Origin: an uncultured virus (IMG/VR IMGVR_UViG_3300032226_001346)
Taxonomy: Duplodnaviria; Heunggongvirae; Uroviricota; Caudoviricetes
Direction: 5' to 3' (one strand)
DNA: 64,000 bases
Virus record (IMG/VR): IMGVR_UViG_3300032226_001346
How positions within the stretch are numbered: position 1 is the stretch's first letter; each line of letters opens with the position of its first letter. The position numbers and the translations under genes were made by a program. Of this stretch, positions 37,110 to 47,595 are shown piece by piece. The notes beneath the pieces are model-generated. The model did no database searches, was not told where the DNA came from, and worked only from the letters and a program-made list of their open reading frames with translations.

Positions 37110-38302
37110 TGGCAAAAGAACCTCTAAAAAAAGACGAGCGACAAAAACTTCTGGACTCTCGACTAAAGAGCTTAGGGGTTCTTGATCGAATTGTTGAAGG
37201 CGATAAGTTTGATAATCGACAAAAAGATTATATTTCCACAGGTATTGCTGAAATTAATGCAGAGCTTGGCAGTTTGCCAGGCTTTGCAACAGGAAACCTA
37301 ATTGAACTTATTGGCGAAAGTGGTTCTGGCAAAACATATGTTGCGCTGAAAGCGGCGGCAGAAGCACAGCGAAAAGGCATGAAAGTGGCCTTTTATAATA
37401 TTGAAAATTCTTTTTATGAGCCAAGAGCTATCGAGATTGGTGTACTTACGCGGGATAAAGATTTATTTCAATTAATACCCAATTTAGGTAGTGGAGAGAA
37501 AATGTGTGACGCGATTATGGCAATGGTTGAATCTGGTTTATATGGTTTAATCATTGTTGATTCTATCACAGCATTAATTCCAGAAGAAATGCTTGAAAAA
37601 GATTTTGATAAGCCCCGAAAAATTGGGGCACATGCTACTCTCGTCGGAGCGCTGGCTCAAAAACTCACTTATGCATGTGGTGAAACTAATACTACAGTAA
37701 TTCTAATTAACCAATTTCGTATTGGGGCAGGTGTAGTTCCGAATACTTTTGTCAAAAAGGCCACAGGTGGCGAAGGTTTGCTGTTTTATGATCATTATAG
37801 ATTTTCTTTCAGAAAAATCGGCGGTGCTGCAGGACAAGTATTCAATGGAGAAAAAGAAATTATTGGTGGGCGATCAGAGATCACAATTAATAAAAATCGA
37901 TATGGTCCGCCCAATAAAAAAGTGATTTTTCCAATATATTTCGTCAAAGAGGAGTCAGATCCTATTGCTGATTTTATCATGCGAGCCAAGGCAAGAAATG
38001 TTGAGCTAATAAAAGAATCTGGGCAAAAAGGCAAAAAGAAACTTAAATACATCACAGAAGATGGTGAAGTTATTGAGTCTGGTGATGCCAGAGATTTCAT
38101 TTTGAAGCTTAAGGATTTACCAGCTCCTGAAAATAAATCAAGAAATGATAATTCAGCCACTGTATTTGATTATATTTGTCGTAAAATTAAGCTGGACGAT
38201 CATATGATCAAAAGTCTTAACGAAAGGTTGGAGTCATGCGTAGAATATGCATTGGGCAACGAATTAATTGAATACGAAGCTGATGAGCCAGAAGAATTTT
38301 AA
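37109..38302 (+). CDS. recA: RecA/UvsX-like recombinase
   Basis: ISTG, GESGSGKT, IIVDSI, LINQFR, TGGEGL.F, KNR. Confidence 0.9.
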   Translation: MAKEPLKKDERQKLLDSRLKSLGVLDRIVEGDKFDNRQKDYISTGIAEINAELGSLPGFATGNLIELIGESGSGKTYVALKAAAEAQRKGMKVAFYNIENSFYEPRAIEIGVLTRDKDLFQLIPNLGSGEKMCDAIMAMVESGLYGLIIVDSITALIPEEMLEKDFDKPRKIGAHATLVGALAQKLTYACGETNTTVILINQFRIGAGVVPNTFVKKATGGEGLLFYDHYRFSFRKIGGAAGQVFNGEKEIIGGRSEITINKNRYGPPNKKVIFPIYFVKEESDPIADFIMRAKARNVELIKESGQKGKKKLKYITEDGEVIESGDARDFILKLKDLPAPENKSRNDNSATVFDYICRKIKLDDHMIKSLNERLESCVEYALGNELIEYEADEPEEF

Positions 38303-39027
38303 TGACTGCTCAAACTGAACAATTCTCTAGAGAACTAAATCTCTCTTCAAGTGCTTTAAAGTATCTTGAAGAGAGATTTTTAACACTAGAGGATGTAAAA
38401 AATTTTAATTTAGGATTCTGCCCTTCTACATCTTCATATCCATTTGATTTTTTAAATGGAAGATTAATTGTTCCAATTTTTGACGCATATGGCAATGAAG
38501 TGGCTTATGCTGGAAGAAAATTAGAGGCGTATGGTGCACAAGTTAAGGATTTTTATCAAGAAAAAATCAATAATTTAGATGGATTAAATAGATATATGAA
38601 GTGGAGACAATCAAAATGGATAAACTCTCCTTATAAAAAATCAGAGCATTTATTTAATCTTAACAAAGCAAAGCATAAAGCATATTTATTAAATTTTTGT
38701 TTTATTGTCGAGGGTTATTTTGATGCGATCCATCTTGCAAAAATGGGTCACGAAAATGTTGTGGCTATTTGTGGAACTTCTCTCACTGACAGGCATTGTG
38801 AATTGCTTTTTAGATATTGCAATAATATAGTATTGATGCTTGATGGAGATGTAGCAGGCCAAAAAGCAACAATAAAATCCGTTCATAAAGCTAGACAAAA
38901 TATGTTGTTTTCACATGTTGTCAAAATGCCAGATGGATTAGATCCAGATCAATTAACAAAAGAACAATTAGAATTAATTAAAAAAGATGTAATCAATTCT
39001 GATGAAGAGCTGTATATAACGTTATGA
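38302..39027 (+). CDS. dnaG: DNA primase catalytic core (DnaG TOPRIM, no zinc domain)
   Basis: GRLIVPI, AYAGR, KWINSP, VEGYFDAI, GTS, MLDGDVAG, DPD. Confidence 0.88.
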   Translation: MTAQTEQFSRELNLSSSALKYLEERFLTLEDVKNFNLGFCPSTSSYPFDFLNGRLIVPIFDAYGNEVAYAGRKLEAYGAQVKDFYQEKINNLDGLNRYMKWRQSKWINSPYKKSEHLFNLNKAKHKAYLLNFCFIVEGYFDAIHLAKMGHENVVAICGTSLTDRHCELLFRYCNNIVLMLDGDVAGQKATIKSVHKARQNMLFSHVVKMPDGLDPDQLTKEQLELIKKDVINSDEELYITL

Positions 39028-40769
39028 CACAATCTGAATGGATAGTTAAAAAATTTGATTTCAACCTGGCTGCTGAATTAGCATTTGATTGTGAAATTCC
39101 ACGTCCTGTTGCAAATATTCTTGCAAGCAGAAATATCACAACAAAAGAAGATGCTCTAGAATTTATTCAAAAAAATCCGAAGGGTATACGAAATCCTAAA
39201 AATCTTCCAGATTGTCAAAAGGCTGTAGACAGGCTTAAAAAAGCAATTGAAAATAATGAAAAAATTTATGTTTGGGGAGACTATGATGTTGACGGCATAA
39301 CTTCTACAGCAATTGTAGTTACATGTTTTAGTTTATTTGGCGCAAACTTTATTTATAAAGTTCCAAATAGATTTGACGATGGATACGATATTAAAAGGCA
39401 TTCTGTTGACGAATGTCTTAAAGAAAATTGTCAAGTTCTGATGAGTGTTGACTGTGGTATTGTGGCTTTTGATACAGCAGAATATGCAAAAGAAAAAGGC
39501 ATTGATTTGATTATTACAGATCACCACTCAGCAAATGATGATGGAAGAATTCCTGATGCCGTGGCCGTAGTTAACCCTTCTCGAAAAGATTCTCAATATG
39601 GTTTTTCCGGGCTGTGTGGGGCGGCAGTGGCTTTTAAATTAATGCTTGCACTCGCAAAAGATCTAAAATTTGATTTAAATACTATTATCAGTGAAACGCT
39701 TGAATTCGTCGCACTTGGAACTGTTGCCGACGTAGCTCCCATGCAGGATGAAAATAGAATCCTTGTTTCTAAAGGGTGCCAATTTCTTTCCAATTCAAAA
39801 AAATTAGGTATTCAGGCTCTGTTGAAGATTGCTGGAGCCACTGAAGTGGATACTACCACAATTGGATTCCAAATTGGGCCAAGAATGAATGCAATTGGAC
39901 GATTATCTGACCCAATGATTGCTTTAGAGTTAATGCTTGAAAAAACTCCAGTTCGCGCTAAATTTCTAGCTATGCAATTAGATACAGCAAATAAAAGAAG
40001 GCAATCTAAACAAGAGCATATGCTTGCTGAAGCGATAGAACTGGTTGAAACAGAAAAACTTTATGAAAATTCCGCAATTGTATGTTGGGCTAAATCATGG
40101 CACCCTGGTTTAATTGGTCTTGTGGCTGGAAAACTTGCTGATAAATATCATCGACCCGCAATTGTATTTGCTGTAGATGAGGAGGGAAAAGCAAAAGGAT
40201 CGTGTCGATCAACTAAATCTGTTAATATACTCGAAATATTAAAGCATAATTCTGTTCTTGATTTTTATGCAAAAAAATTAGACGGTGCGCCGATTGTTGG
40301 TGGACATGCTTTTGCAGCAGGTATGACAATTCCTGAAGTTAATCTTGAACCATTTAGGAATACTGTTTGCGAAGTATTATCTGGTCTAAATCCAGATTTT
40401 GCTCCTGGTAAAAGATTGTTTATTGCTGATTCCAGGATCGTTCCTGGTGAAGTGAGCGATTCAGTTTATGAAAGTTTACAAGGTTTAGCTCCTTTTGGAT
40501 CTGGGCATCCAGAGCCTGTATTTATGCTCAAAAATGTACTTGTTAAAGAACAGAATATTTTATCTGGAGGTAAGCATATTAAGTTTATTATTTATGATGA
40601 TAAATTTAGATTCAAGAAAATGTCTGCAATATTATGGCATAAGGCCGCCGATTATTCTGGGGATTTTGTGGATAAGAAAATTGATATATTGTTTACATTT
40701 GGTAAAGAATCGCGTGGGTTTGGACAAAAGTTTTATTTAAGCATTGTAGATTTTAAATTAAGCACATAA
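39024..40769 (+). CDS. recJ: ssDNA exonuclease RecJ
   Basis: GDYDVDG, VDCG, TDHH, GTVADV, GSCRS, GGHAFAAG, PFGSG.PEP. Confidence 0.93.
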   Translation: MTQSEWIVKKFDFNLAAELAFDCEIPRPVANILASRNITTKEDALEFIQKNPKGIRNPKNLPDCQKAVDRLKKAIENNEKIYVWGDYDVDGITSTAIVVTCFSLFGANFIYKVPNRFDDGYDIKRHSVDECLKENCQVLMSVDCGIVAFDTAEYAKEKGIDLIITDHHSANDDGRIPDAVAVVNPSRKDSQYGFSGLCGAAVAFKLMLALAKDLKFDLNTIISETLEFVALGTVADVAPMQDENRILVSKGCQFLSNSKKLGIQALLKIAGATEVDTTTIGFQIGPRMNAIGRLSDPMIALELMLEKTPVRAKFLAMQLDTANKRRQSKQEHMLAEAIELVETEKLYENSAIVCWAKSWHPGLIGLVAGKLADKYHRPAIVFAVDEEGKAKGSCRSTKSVNILEILKHNSVLDFYAKKLDGAPIVGGHAFAAGMTIPEVNLEPFRNTVCEVLSGLNPDFAPGKRLFIADSRIVPGEVSDSVYESLQGLAPFGSGHPEPVFMLKNVLVKEQNILSGGKHIKFIIYDDKFRFKKMSAILWHKAADYSGDFVDKKIDILFTFGKESRGFGQKFYLSIVDFKLST

Positions 40770-40843
40770 TTGCTACTTTTACCGTATATAGTATTATAAG
40801 TTCGTCTCCCGGTAGACCGTAGAGCTTTAAATAAAAGGAATTT

Positions 40844-41761
40844 ATGGCAAAAAAAGGCGACATTATTAACTCAGAATTTCAAAAAAGCTTAGAAGAAGCA
40901 GTATTAAATTATCAATCTATATCAAAAAATGGCTCAAAAATTGATATAGACACCGCATACAAAAAGATAACAGGGCTGTATAATCCACTTGATTTTTCAA
41001 ATGCTTGGTATGATCAATACAAATATTTATTTGATTCAAAGGAAGATTTTGAATCAGACTATTTAAGGGTATTTATTACGGTATTGTTGGGTTGGAAACC
41101 TCGTAATTTAAGAAAAAAATCAAGATATGAGGGGAGTGGCGAGTTCAAAAACTATTTTATTGGCTCTCTTTATCACAATTATATAAATCTGGTTAAATCA
41201 GATCAGGCTGCAAAGAGAAACATAACAAAACAATGCCCAATTTGCTTAGACTGGGTTAATCCGATTTCTACTCATTTAATTGTCGAGCATTCTTATTTAT
41301 TATGGGATGCTTTACAAGATATGGATATTGATTTAGAAAGCTTAAGTAGCTGCCCATTGTGTACTAATTTTAAAATTAGTAAATCCGCTGATTCTAAGGC
41401 AAAACTTGTCGAGTTTCTTAAAGCGCATTTTATTTCAAAGCATACTTCGATTTTGTTTAATAGATTTAATGATTTGCACCCAGAAGTGTCTACAATTTCT
41501 CCAAAAGTTGTATCTACATATATCGAAGAAGGTGAAGATACACTTGATATATATGATGTAACTGAAGAGAAAAATAATTTATTGCATAAACTATATCTAT
41601 TAGATCTTTCAGATCTGCAAAAAAACATTATATATCAGGTATTAAATGGCGAATCAAATATGATTTATAAACCAGAAAAATATAAATGTACAAAAGATGA
41701 ATGGGAGCAAGCTTTCGAAAAACTTAAGGAGGCTATAAACATTTGTGGATATGAGCACTGA
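40844..41761 (+). CDS. divergent sigma-factor-like protein with two C2H2-type zinc-finger motifs
   Basis: Region-2-like EFKNYF...LYHNYINLVK; CPIC-x9-H-x4-H and CPLC-x21-H-x4-H; region-4-like LSDLQKNIIYQV. Confidence 0.45.
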   Translation: MAKKGDIINSEFQKSLEEAVLNYQSISKNGSKIDIDTAYKKITGLYNPLDFSNAWYDQYKYLFDSKEDFESDYLRVFITVLLGWKPRNLRKKSRYEGSGEFKNYFIGSLYHNYINLVKSDQAAKRNITKQCPICLDWVNPISTHLIVEHSYLLWDALQDMDIDLESLSSCPLCTNFKISKSADSKAKLVEFLKAHFISKHTSILFNRFNDLHPEVSTISPKVVSTYIEEGEDTLDIYDVTEEKNNLLHKLYLLDLSDLQKNIIYQVLNGESNMIYKPEKYKCTKDEWEQAFEKLKEAINICGYEH

Positions 41762-42140
41762 ACAAAATATTGAACATTTAATTATTAACGAAACGGCAAC
41801 TGATGAAAAATTTATTTTTCAAAACGACCCAAATACATTACGAGTGAGAGGGGGAGGTGACTTAGAATTAGAAAAAGCGCCCACAAATCCCGTTAAACTT
41901 TCTAGAGCCATTTTGCATGTTCTTGGTCAAAACGAATATGTAAGAATTTTGTCTGTGGGACCGAAAGCTCTGACAATTACCATGAAGGCTTTTAGACTTG
42001 CCGCACAAGAGGCAGAAAGCAGAACAAATGGAGCTGTATTAGTTTGTAGACAATCAGAATATGAAGCGATTATTGCAGACAAAAAGACTAAGGGAGTATG
42101 CACAAGAATTTTTGGAATTCCAATAAAGTACACCCTGTAA
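41751..42140 (+). CDS. spoVS: SpoVS-like (Alba-fold) protein
   Basis: LRV...TNPVKLSRAILHVL....VRILSVGPKAL....KAF.LA.....LVC resembles SpoVS (LKVS..S.P.SVAGA.A.VL....EIQAIGAGALNQAVKA.AIA....LIC). Confidence 0.7.
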   Translation: MSTEQNIEHLIINETATDEKFIFQNDPNTLRVRGGGDLELEKAPTNPVKLSRAILHVLGQNEYVRILSVGPKALTITMKAFRLAAQEAESRTNGAVLVCRQSEYEAIIADKKTKGVCTRIFGIPIKYTL

Positions 42141-42502
42141 TTGCTAATATATTAACACGAGATATTGGGTTTTTTGAAGGTAAAAAAACCCAATATCTCG
42201 ATTCGCCGAATCCTGCAAAATTTGATTTGCTTGAATCTAAAATGATTCAAAATTTAATAGAAAATCGTGTTAAAATCATAGGTAATTATCTCCCAATTAA
42301 GGAAGATAAGATTAAAGAAAGACTACTCAATTTTGTAAAAAAAAATCGGGTGGCGATGCGGTATGAACAAGCTTGCAGCAGACATATAAAACAATTTTCG
42401 TCTGCTGTTTTTTTGTTCTGTGAAGTGTGTGATGAAGCACATGAAGACTTAAAATGGTATCGTTGCAAAAATTGTGGATCTTTTAATAAATATCAAATTT
42501 AA
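42098..42502 (+). CDS. hypothetical protein with C-terminal zinc ribbon
   Basis: CEVC...CKNCGS; start uncertain. Confidence 0.45.
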   Translation: MHKNFWNSNKVHPVIANILTRDIGFFEGKKTQYLDSPNPAKFDLLESKMIQNLIENRVKIIGNYLPIKEDKIKERLLNFVKKNRVAMRYEQACSRHIKQFSSAVFLFCEVCDEAHEDLKWYRCKNCGSFNKYQI

Positions 42503-42581
42503 AGGCACAAAAATAGTATATATTATTATTAAATGAAAAACACACGATTATACTTTTTGCGTGCAGATAAGGATAAAAATT

Positions 42582-43556
42582 ATGTTATTTGAAGAACAAT
42601 TATCAAGAAAACCAAATCTGTACCCCTGGACTCAAGAATTTATCAATGCAATGTGGTCAGGCCACTGGACTCCTAATGAATTTAATTTTCAAAGCGATGT
42701 CCATGACTATAAAATTAATTTATCAGACGAAGAAAGAGAAGTGGTTAAAAATACACTTTCGGCTATTGGGCAAATTGAAGTGGCGGTAAAGAAATTCTGG
42801 TCAAAGGTAGGTGACAATTTACCTCACCCATCTATCAACGATCTGGGTGCTGTTATGAGCCATGTTGAAGTGATCCATAACATCGCTTATGAAAAACTGC
42901 TGAACGTATTAAACCTTGATCATGTTTTTGAAGAAAACATGGAATTGGATATTATCCAAGGACGAGTAAAATATTTGCGAAAATACACGCATAAATACTA
43001 CAAAGACTCAAAGAAACAATATTTATATGCTCTTGTTTTATTTACTTTGTATGTTGAAAATGTATCATTGTTTAGTCAATTTTATGTTATTAATTGGTTT
43101 AATAGATATAAAAACGTACTCAAGGATACTGCGCAACAAGTGGCCTATACAGCTAAAGAAGAAACTATTCATGCTCTTGTCGGAATTAAATTGATTAATA
43201 TCATCCGAGAAGAGTATCCTGATCTTTTTGATGAAGATCTTGAAGCGAAAATTATTTCTGAGGCACAAGAAGCTTTTAATTGCGAATCCAAAATCATAGA
43301 TTGGATTTTAGGAGACTATAAAGGCGATAAGCTAAACAAAGAGATCCTTAAAGAATTTATTAAATATCGACTTAATGACTCTTTGCAACAAATTGGCTTC
43401 AAGCCAATTTTTGAAAATATTGACGAAACTTTGTTAGAAGAAACACAGTGGTTTAATGAAGATGTGCTAGGTAACACAATTACCGACTTCTTTTACAAAA
43501 GACCAGTGGAATATTCTAAGGCTTACAGATCATTTGATGAGGAGGATTTATTTTAA
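42582..43556 (+). CDS. nrdB: class I ribonucleotide reductase small subunit
   Basis: HWTPNEF, EVIHN.AY (radical Tyr), ENVSLFSQF, EETIH, DFF..RPVEY. Confidence 0.93.
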   Translation: MLFEEQLSRKPNLYPWTQEFINAMWSGHWTPNEFNFQSDVHDYKINLSDEEREVVKNTLSAIGQIEVAVKKFWSKVGDNLPHPSINDLGAVMSHVEVIHNIAYEKLLNVLNLDHVFEENMELDIIQGRVKYLRKYTHKYYKDSKKQYLYALVLFTLYVENVSLFSQFYVINWFNRYKNVLKDTAQQVAYTAKEETIHALVGIKLINIIREEYPDLFDEDLEAKIISEAQEAFNCESKIIDWILGDYKGDKLNKEILKEFIKYRLNDSLQQIGFKPIFENIDETLLEETQWFNEDVLGNTITDFFYKRPVEYSKAYRSFDEEDLF

Positions 43557-45205
43557 TGTTAGATTATAATTGGTTAAACGCAGATTCGCGAACGTTTTTA
43601 AGTAGGGGCTATCTAAAAGAAGGCGTGAGCGCTGAAGAGAGAATTAGAAAAATAGCAGAAAAAGCAGAAAGTATACTTAAGATTGATGGCTTTGCTGATA
43701 AATTTGAGCTATATATGTCTCGTGGGTGGTATTCTTTAGCAACACCTGTGTGGTGTAATTTTGGAGAACCAAATGGTTTGCCAATTTCATGCAATGGTCA
43801 GTATGTTGATGATTCTATGGACGACATTCTGCACTGTAATGCAGAAACTGGTATGATGACAAAACATGGAGCTGGAACATCAGCTTACTTTGGAGGCCTA
43901 AGACCACGCGGTTCGGATATCTCAATGGGCGGCAAAAGTTTTGGCGCTGTGCATTTTATGCAAATGTTTGAAAAAACCACTCAAATTGTCAGCCAATCCA
44001 ATATAAGAAGAGGCAGTTTCGCCGCATACTATCCTGTCGAGGGTGATGATATTGAAGAATTTCTTGAAGCAAGAGAGGATGGTAACCCAATTCAAGATAT
44101 CAGTATAGGTGTGTGTATTACAGATGCTTGGATGAATGAAATGAGATCGGGTGACAAAAAGAAAGAAAAAATCTGGCGACGAATTATTAAAAAGAGATTC
44201 GAATCGGGCTACCCTTATATATTTTGGACAGATACAGTTAACAACAATAAGCCGCTTGTTTATAAAGATAAAAACATGAAAATTCATGCCTCAAACTTGT
44301 GCTCAGAAATAGCGCTTTCTTCAGATATTGATGAATCGTTTGTGTGCGATCTTTCAAGTATGAATCTATTGTATTATGAAGATTGGAAAGACACTGATGC
44401 CGTGGAAATATTGACATTTTTACTCGATGCAGTTATGACAGAATACATTGAAAAAACAAAAGATATGCCATTTATGCAAAAGGCTCATAATTTTGCAAAA
44501 AACCAAAGAGCGCTTGGTGTGGGCGGGCTTGGTTGGCATTCATTCTTGCAATCAAAAATGATTCCTTTTGAATCCATGGAAGCAAAATTGTACAATACAA
44601 AAATCTGGAAATTTATTGAAGAAAGAACTAAAAAGGCTTCTAGAGAAATGGCTACATTATACGGCGAGCCCCAGCTTCTTAAGGGTTATGGATACAGAAA
44701 TGTATGTCTTCAAGCAATTGCACCAACCACATCATCTGCTTTTATTTTAGGCCAAGTGAGTCCAAGCATTGAACCACTTAATTCTAACTATTTTGTTAAA
44801 GATGTTGCAAAAGGTAAATTCACATATAAAAATCCATACTTGAAAGAAACATTAAAATCACACAAAAAAGATAATAAAGAAACTTGGGAAAGCATACTGG
44901 TACATGGTGGTTCTGTTCAGCATCTTGATTTTCTTACTGAAAAAGAAAAATATGTCTTTAAAACCTTTGGTGAAATTAGCCAAAAGGAAATTATTATCCA
45001 AGCGACAGCAAGACAAAAATATATTGATCAAGCCCAAAGCATTAATCTTATGATTCATCCTGGCGCTTCTTTAAAAGAAGTGAATGAATTAATGATTTTT
45101 GCTTGGGAATCTGGTATAAAAACTTTATATTATCAAAGAGGAACAAATCCCGCGCAAGAATTGGCGAGAAATCTTATCAATCATTGTGTGTCATGTGAAG
45201 CGTAG
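43556..45205 (+). CDS. nrdA: class I ribonucleotide reductase large subunit (short, no ATP cone)
   Basis: LPISC, SNLCSE, AIAPT, KTLYY, C-terminal CVSCEA. Confidence 0.93.
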   Translation: MLDYNWLNADSRTFLSRGYLKEGVSAEERIRKIAEKAESILKIDGFADKFELYMSRGWYSLATPVWCNFGEPNGLPISCNGQYVDDSMDDILHCNAETGMMTKHGAGTSAYFGGLRPRGSDISMGGKSFGAVHFMQMFEKTTQIVSQSNIRRGSFAAYYPVEGDDIEEFLEAREDGNPIQDISIGVCITDAWMNEMRSGDKKKEKIWRRIIKKRFESGYPYIFWTDTVNNNKPLVYKDKNMKIHASNLCSEIALSSDIDESFVCDLSSMNLLYYEDWKDTDAVEILTFLLDAVMTEYIEKTKDMPFMQKAHNFAKNQRALGVGGLGWHSFLQSKMIPFESMEAKLYNTKIWKFIEERTKKASREMATLYGEPQLLKGYGYRNVCLQAIAPTTSSAFILGQVSPSIEPLNSNYFVKDVAKGKFTYKNPYLKETLKSHKKDNKETWESILVHGGSVQHLDFLTEKEKYVFKTFGEISQKEIIIQATARQKYIDQAQSINLMIHPGASLKEVNELMIFAWESGIKTLYYQRGTNPAQELARNLINHCVSCEA

Positions 45206-45236
45206 GCTTAAATAAAAAAACAAGAGAATAAAAAAT

Positions 45237-45650
45237 ATGAATCCACAAGAATATGAAGCAAGAGTTGTAATTATATTGGATGCTGTAGCAAAAGAAGAAC
45301 AATACGATGGATTAGTGCCAAAATCAAAATGGACCTTACACCTTTTGCTTCAAGATGTGGCTTCTCAAAAAATATTTCAATCCGTTTTACAAGAAGAAGA
45401 TGTAAGAAAGATTGTAAGGCAAAATACAGTATTGACATCTCGTCAAATGATAGATTTGTCAATACTGCTAAGAAGCAGAGAGGAACCATTAAAAATGATG
45501 GTTCCAAAAGAAAGCGAAGAAGATCTCACAGCGGAAGATATTATAAAATCGCGCAATTTAGATAAACCAAAGCCAAAAAGAAAAAATAGAAGCTACAGAA
45601 ATAAAAAGAAAAAATTTCAGAACAACAATAACCAACAAAGCGTAAAATAA
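45237..45650 (+). CDS. hypothetical protein with basic C-terminus
   Basis: 137 aa; AGGC-N18-GAAT motif 33 nt upstream. Confidence 0.55.
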   Translation: MNPQEYEARVVIILDAVAKEEQYDGLVPKSKWTLHLLLQDVASQKIFQSVLQEEDVRKIVRQNTVLTSRQMIDLSILLRSREEPLKMMVPKESEEDLTAEDIIKSRNLDKPKPKRKNRSYRNKKKKFQNNNNQQSVK

Positions 45651-45653
45651 TAT

Positions 45654-46130
45654 ATGAAGAATTATATCGAGTTAGCACTTAATACGGAACCTACTTCAGA
45701 GCAATATCGGGAAAAAATATCACCACGCTTTGAGAATTTGGAAATAATAAGATTGACCCATGCAGCAATGGGACTTGTTACAGAATCTGCTGAATTTCTT
45801 GATGTACTCAAGAAAAATACTATATATGGCAAAGATATTGATTTTGTAAATCTTGCCGAAGAAACCGGAGATATTTTTTGGTATCTTGCGGTAGCTATCG
45901 ATGCTTTGGCGAAAATATTGGATATTGATCCAGTATCTCTAGAAAATCAAATCAAAGAAACAAATATCTCAAAACTCAAAGCAAGATATCCCAATAAATT
46001 TACTGAAAATTCTGCAATTTATCGAGATTTAGGCACAGAAAGAGATATTTTAGATACTATTGATAATAAAAAAATGGTTAGATATGGTTGTTCGTGTTAT
46101 GAATCAGATTGTAATTGCACCTGCGAATAA
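45654..46130 (+). CDS. MazG-like NTP pyrophosphohydrolase
   Basis: HAAMGLVTESAEFLD..KK...EETGDIFWY...N..KL.ARYP. Confidence 0.85.
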   Translation: MKNYIELALNTEPTSEQYREKISPRFENLEIIRLTHAAMGLVTESAEFLDVLKKNTIYGKDIDFVNLAEETGDIFWYLAVAIDALAKILDIDPVSLENQIKETNISKLKARYPNKFTENSAIYRDLGTERDILDTIDNKKMVRYGCSCYESDCNCTCE

Positions 46131-46132
46131 CA

Positions 46133-46615
46133 ATGGGTAAATCAACACATTATACAAAATCTGAAGAACTTTTAAAGATTGCAGAAGAACTTAAGGTTAA
46201 ATATCTCAATGTAATTGGGTATATTGAGATAGATAAAATTTTCTTTGCGTTTAAAGGCGGAGATTTGCCCGAATGGTTCACTTGTGAAATACTTGGGTTA
46301 CAAAGCGAATGGGTTAAACACACAACACCAACGGAAGAAGATGCCAAATTATATTGTTTGGCTTTGAGCTATGATTATTATCAAAAAATATCAGGTCCAT
46401 TATTGCAATGGACTATATTAGATTTATTGTATACATGCTCTCCGAAAATGAATGGAAAAATGCGTAGAAGAAATGTTGTCGAGCATTCACGTTTATTAAA
46501 AACAATTGAAGATTTAGGGCATTCATTTGAATGGAGAGACAACATTCATTTGCCTGAATTATTAGGCGAAGAAACAATATTATTCGGCTTAGAAGAAGAA
46601 GATGAGTTTATATAA
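46133..46615 (+). CDS. phage metallopeptidase-like protein, probably inactive
   Basis: Overall pattern resembles the family, but the expected HExxH position reads DLLYT. Confidence 0.4.
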   Translation: MGKSTHYTKSEELLKIAEELKVKYLNVIGYIEIDKIFFAFKGGDLPEWFTCEILGLQSEWVKHTTPTEEDAKLYCLALSYDYYQKISGPLLQWTILDLLYTCSPKMNGKMRRRNVVEHSRLLKTIEDLGHSFEWRDNIHLPELLGEETILFGLEEEDEFI

Positions 46616-47579
46616 CAAATACAGACCAAAAAATTTTGATCAATTAGTATCCAGTAAATACAACACGCCAAATAAAGAGCAAATAAAATCGCATCATGCG
46701 TTTTTGTTTTTTGGAAGTCCTGGGACAGGAAAAACTAGTAGCGCCAGGCTATATATGCAAGAATTTGTGAAAGATTCGGAAAAAGCCTCTGTAATAGAAG
46801 GCAAGCATCCTGATTATGTAGAGATAAATTGTGCGGTTAACAATGGTGTAGACGATATTCGCACAATTGTGTCTGATGTTGTAAATACTGTTCCAATTTC
46901 TGCGGATTACAAGTTCATTGTTATGGACGAAAGCCACATGCTTACCACTCAATCGCAGAATGCACTACTAAAAACTGTGGAAGAGCCGCCAAAGCATATT
47001 AAATTTATTTTTTGTACCACAGAAATAAACAAAGTGCTCCCAGCTATTAGGTCGAGATGTCAGATTGTTCCTTTTATTAAGCTAAATGACCAATTGTTAC
47101 TTAAAATACTAAATAATATAGTAGATGGTGAACAATTAAACGCGAATACAGAAAGTTTAAATTTAATTGTTTCTTGTTCAGAAGGATCTGCGCGAAATGC
47201 AATTAATTTACTTGAGCAATGCTCTTTATTGCTTACAGATCCAAAAGCTGTAGCTAATGTCTTGGGCACGGCTAATTCAGTTTCTTTTGATTCTCTCACA
47301 GAAGCAATATGCAATAAAGATCGTGTAAAAAGTTTACTTTTACTTGAAGAATTAATTACGAATGCAATAGATCAAAATTCTATAATTAATAAATATGCAG
47401 ACTATTTAGCTGATTTAATTATTTTAAGAATTGTAGATAAATCAAAATGTAAATTTGATGGAAAATCTTTGCTTATAATAAGTGAAGGAATTACTAATAT
47501 TTTAAAAGATTTCAAAATATTACAAAATATAAAACTTATTTCAAAAATGCACGTATTGAAAGTGATAGATTTGCTTTAA
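46602..47579 (+). CDS. dnaX: clamp loader ATPase (DnaX gamma-like)
   Basis: LYNKYRP, GSPGTGKT, DESHML, NALLK.VEEPP, SRC. Confidence 0.9.
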   Translation: MSLYNKYRPKNFDQLVSSKYNTPNKEQIKSHHAFLFFGSPGTGKTSSARLYMQEFVKDSEKASVIEGKHPDYVEINCAVNNGVDDIRTIVSDVVNTVPISADYKFIVMDESHMLTTQSQNALLKTVEEPPKHIKFIFCTTEINKVLPAIRSRCQIVPFIKLNDQLLLKILNNIVDGEQLNANTESLNLIVSCSEGSARNAINLLEQCSLLLTDPKAVANVLGTANSVSFDSLTEAICNKDRVKSLLLLEELITNAIDQNSIINKYADYLADLIILRIVDKSKCKFDGKSLLIISEGITNILKDFKILQNIKLISKMHVLKVIDLL

Positions 47580-47595
47580 TTATTGTAAAATGATC

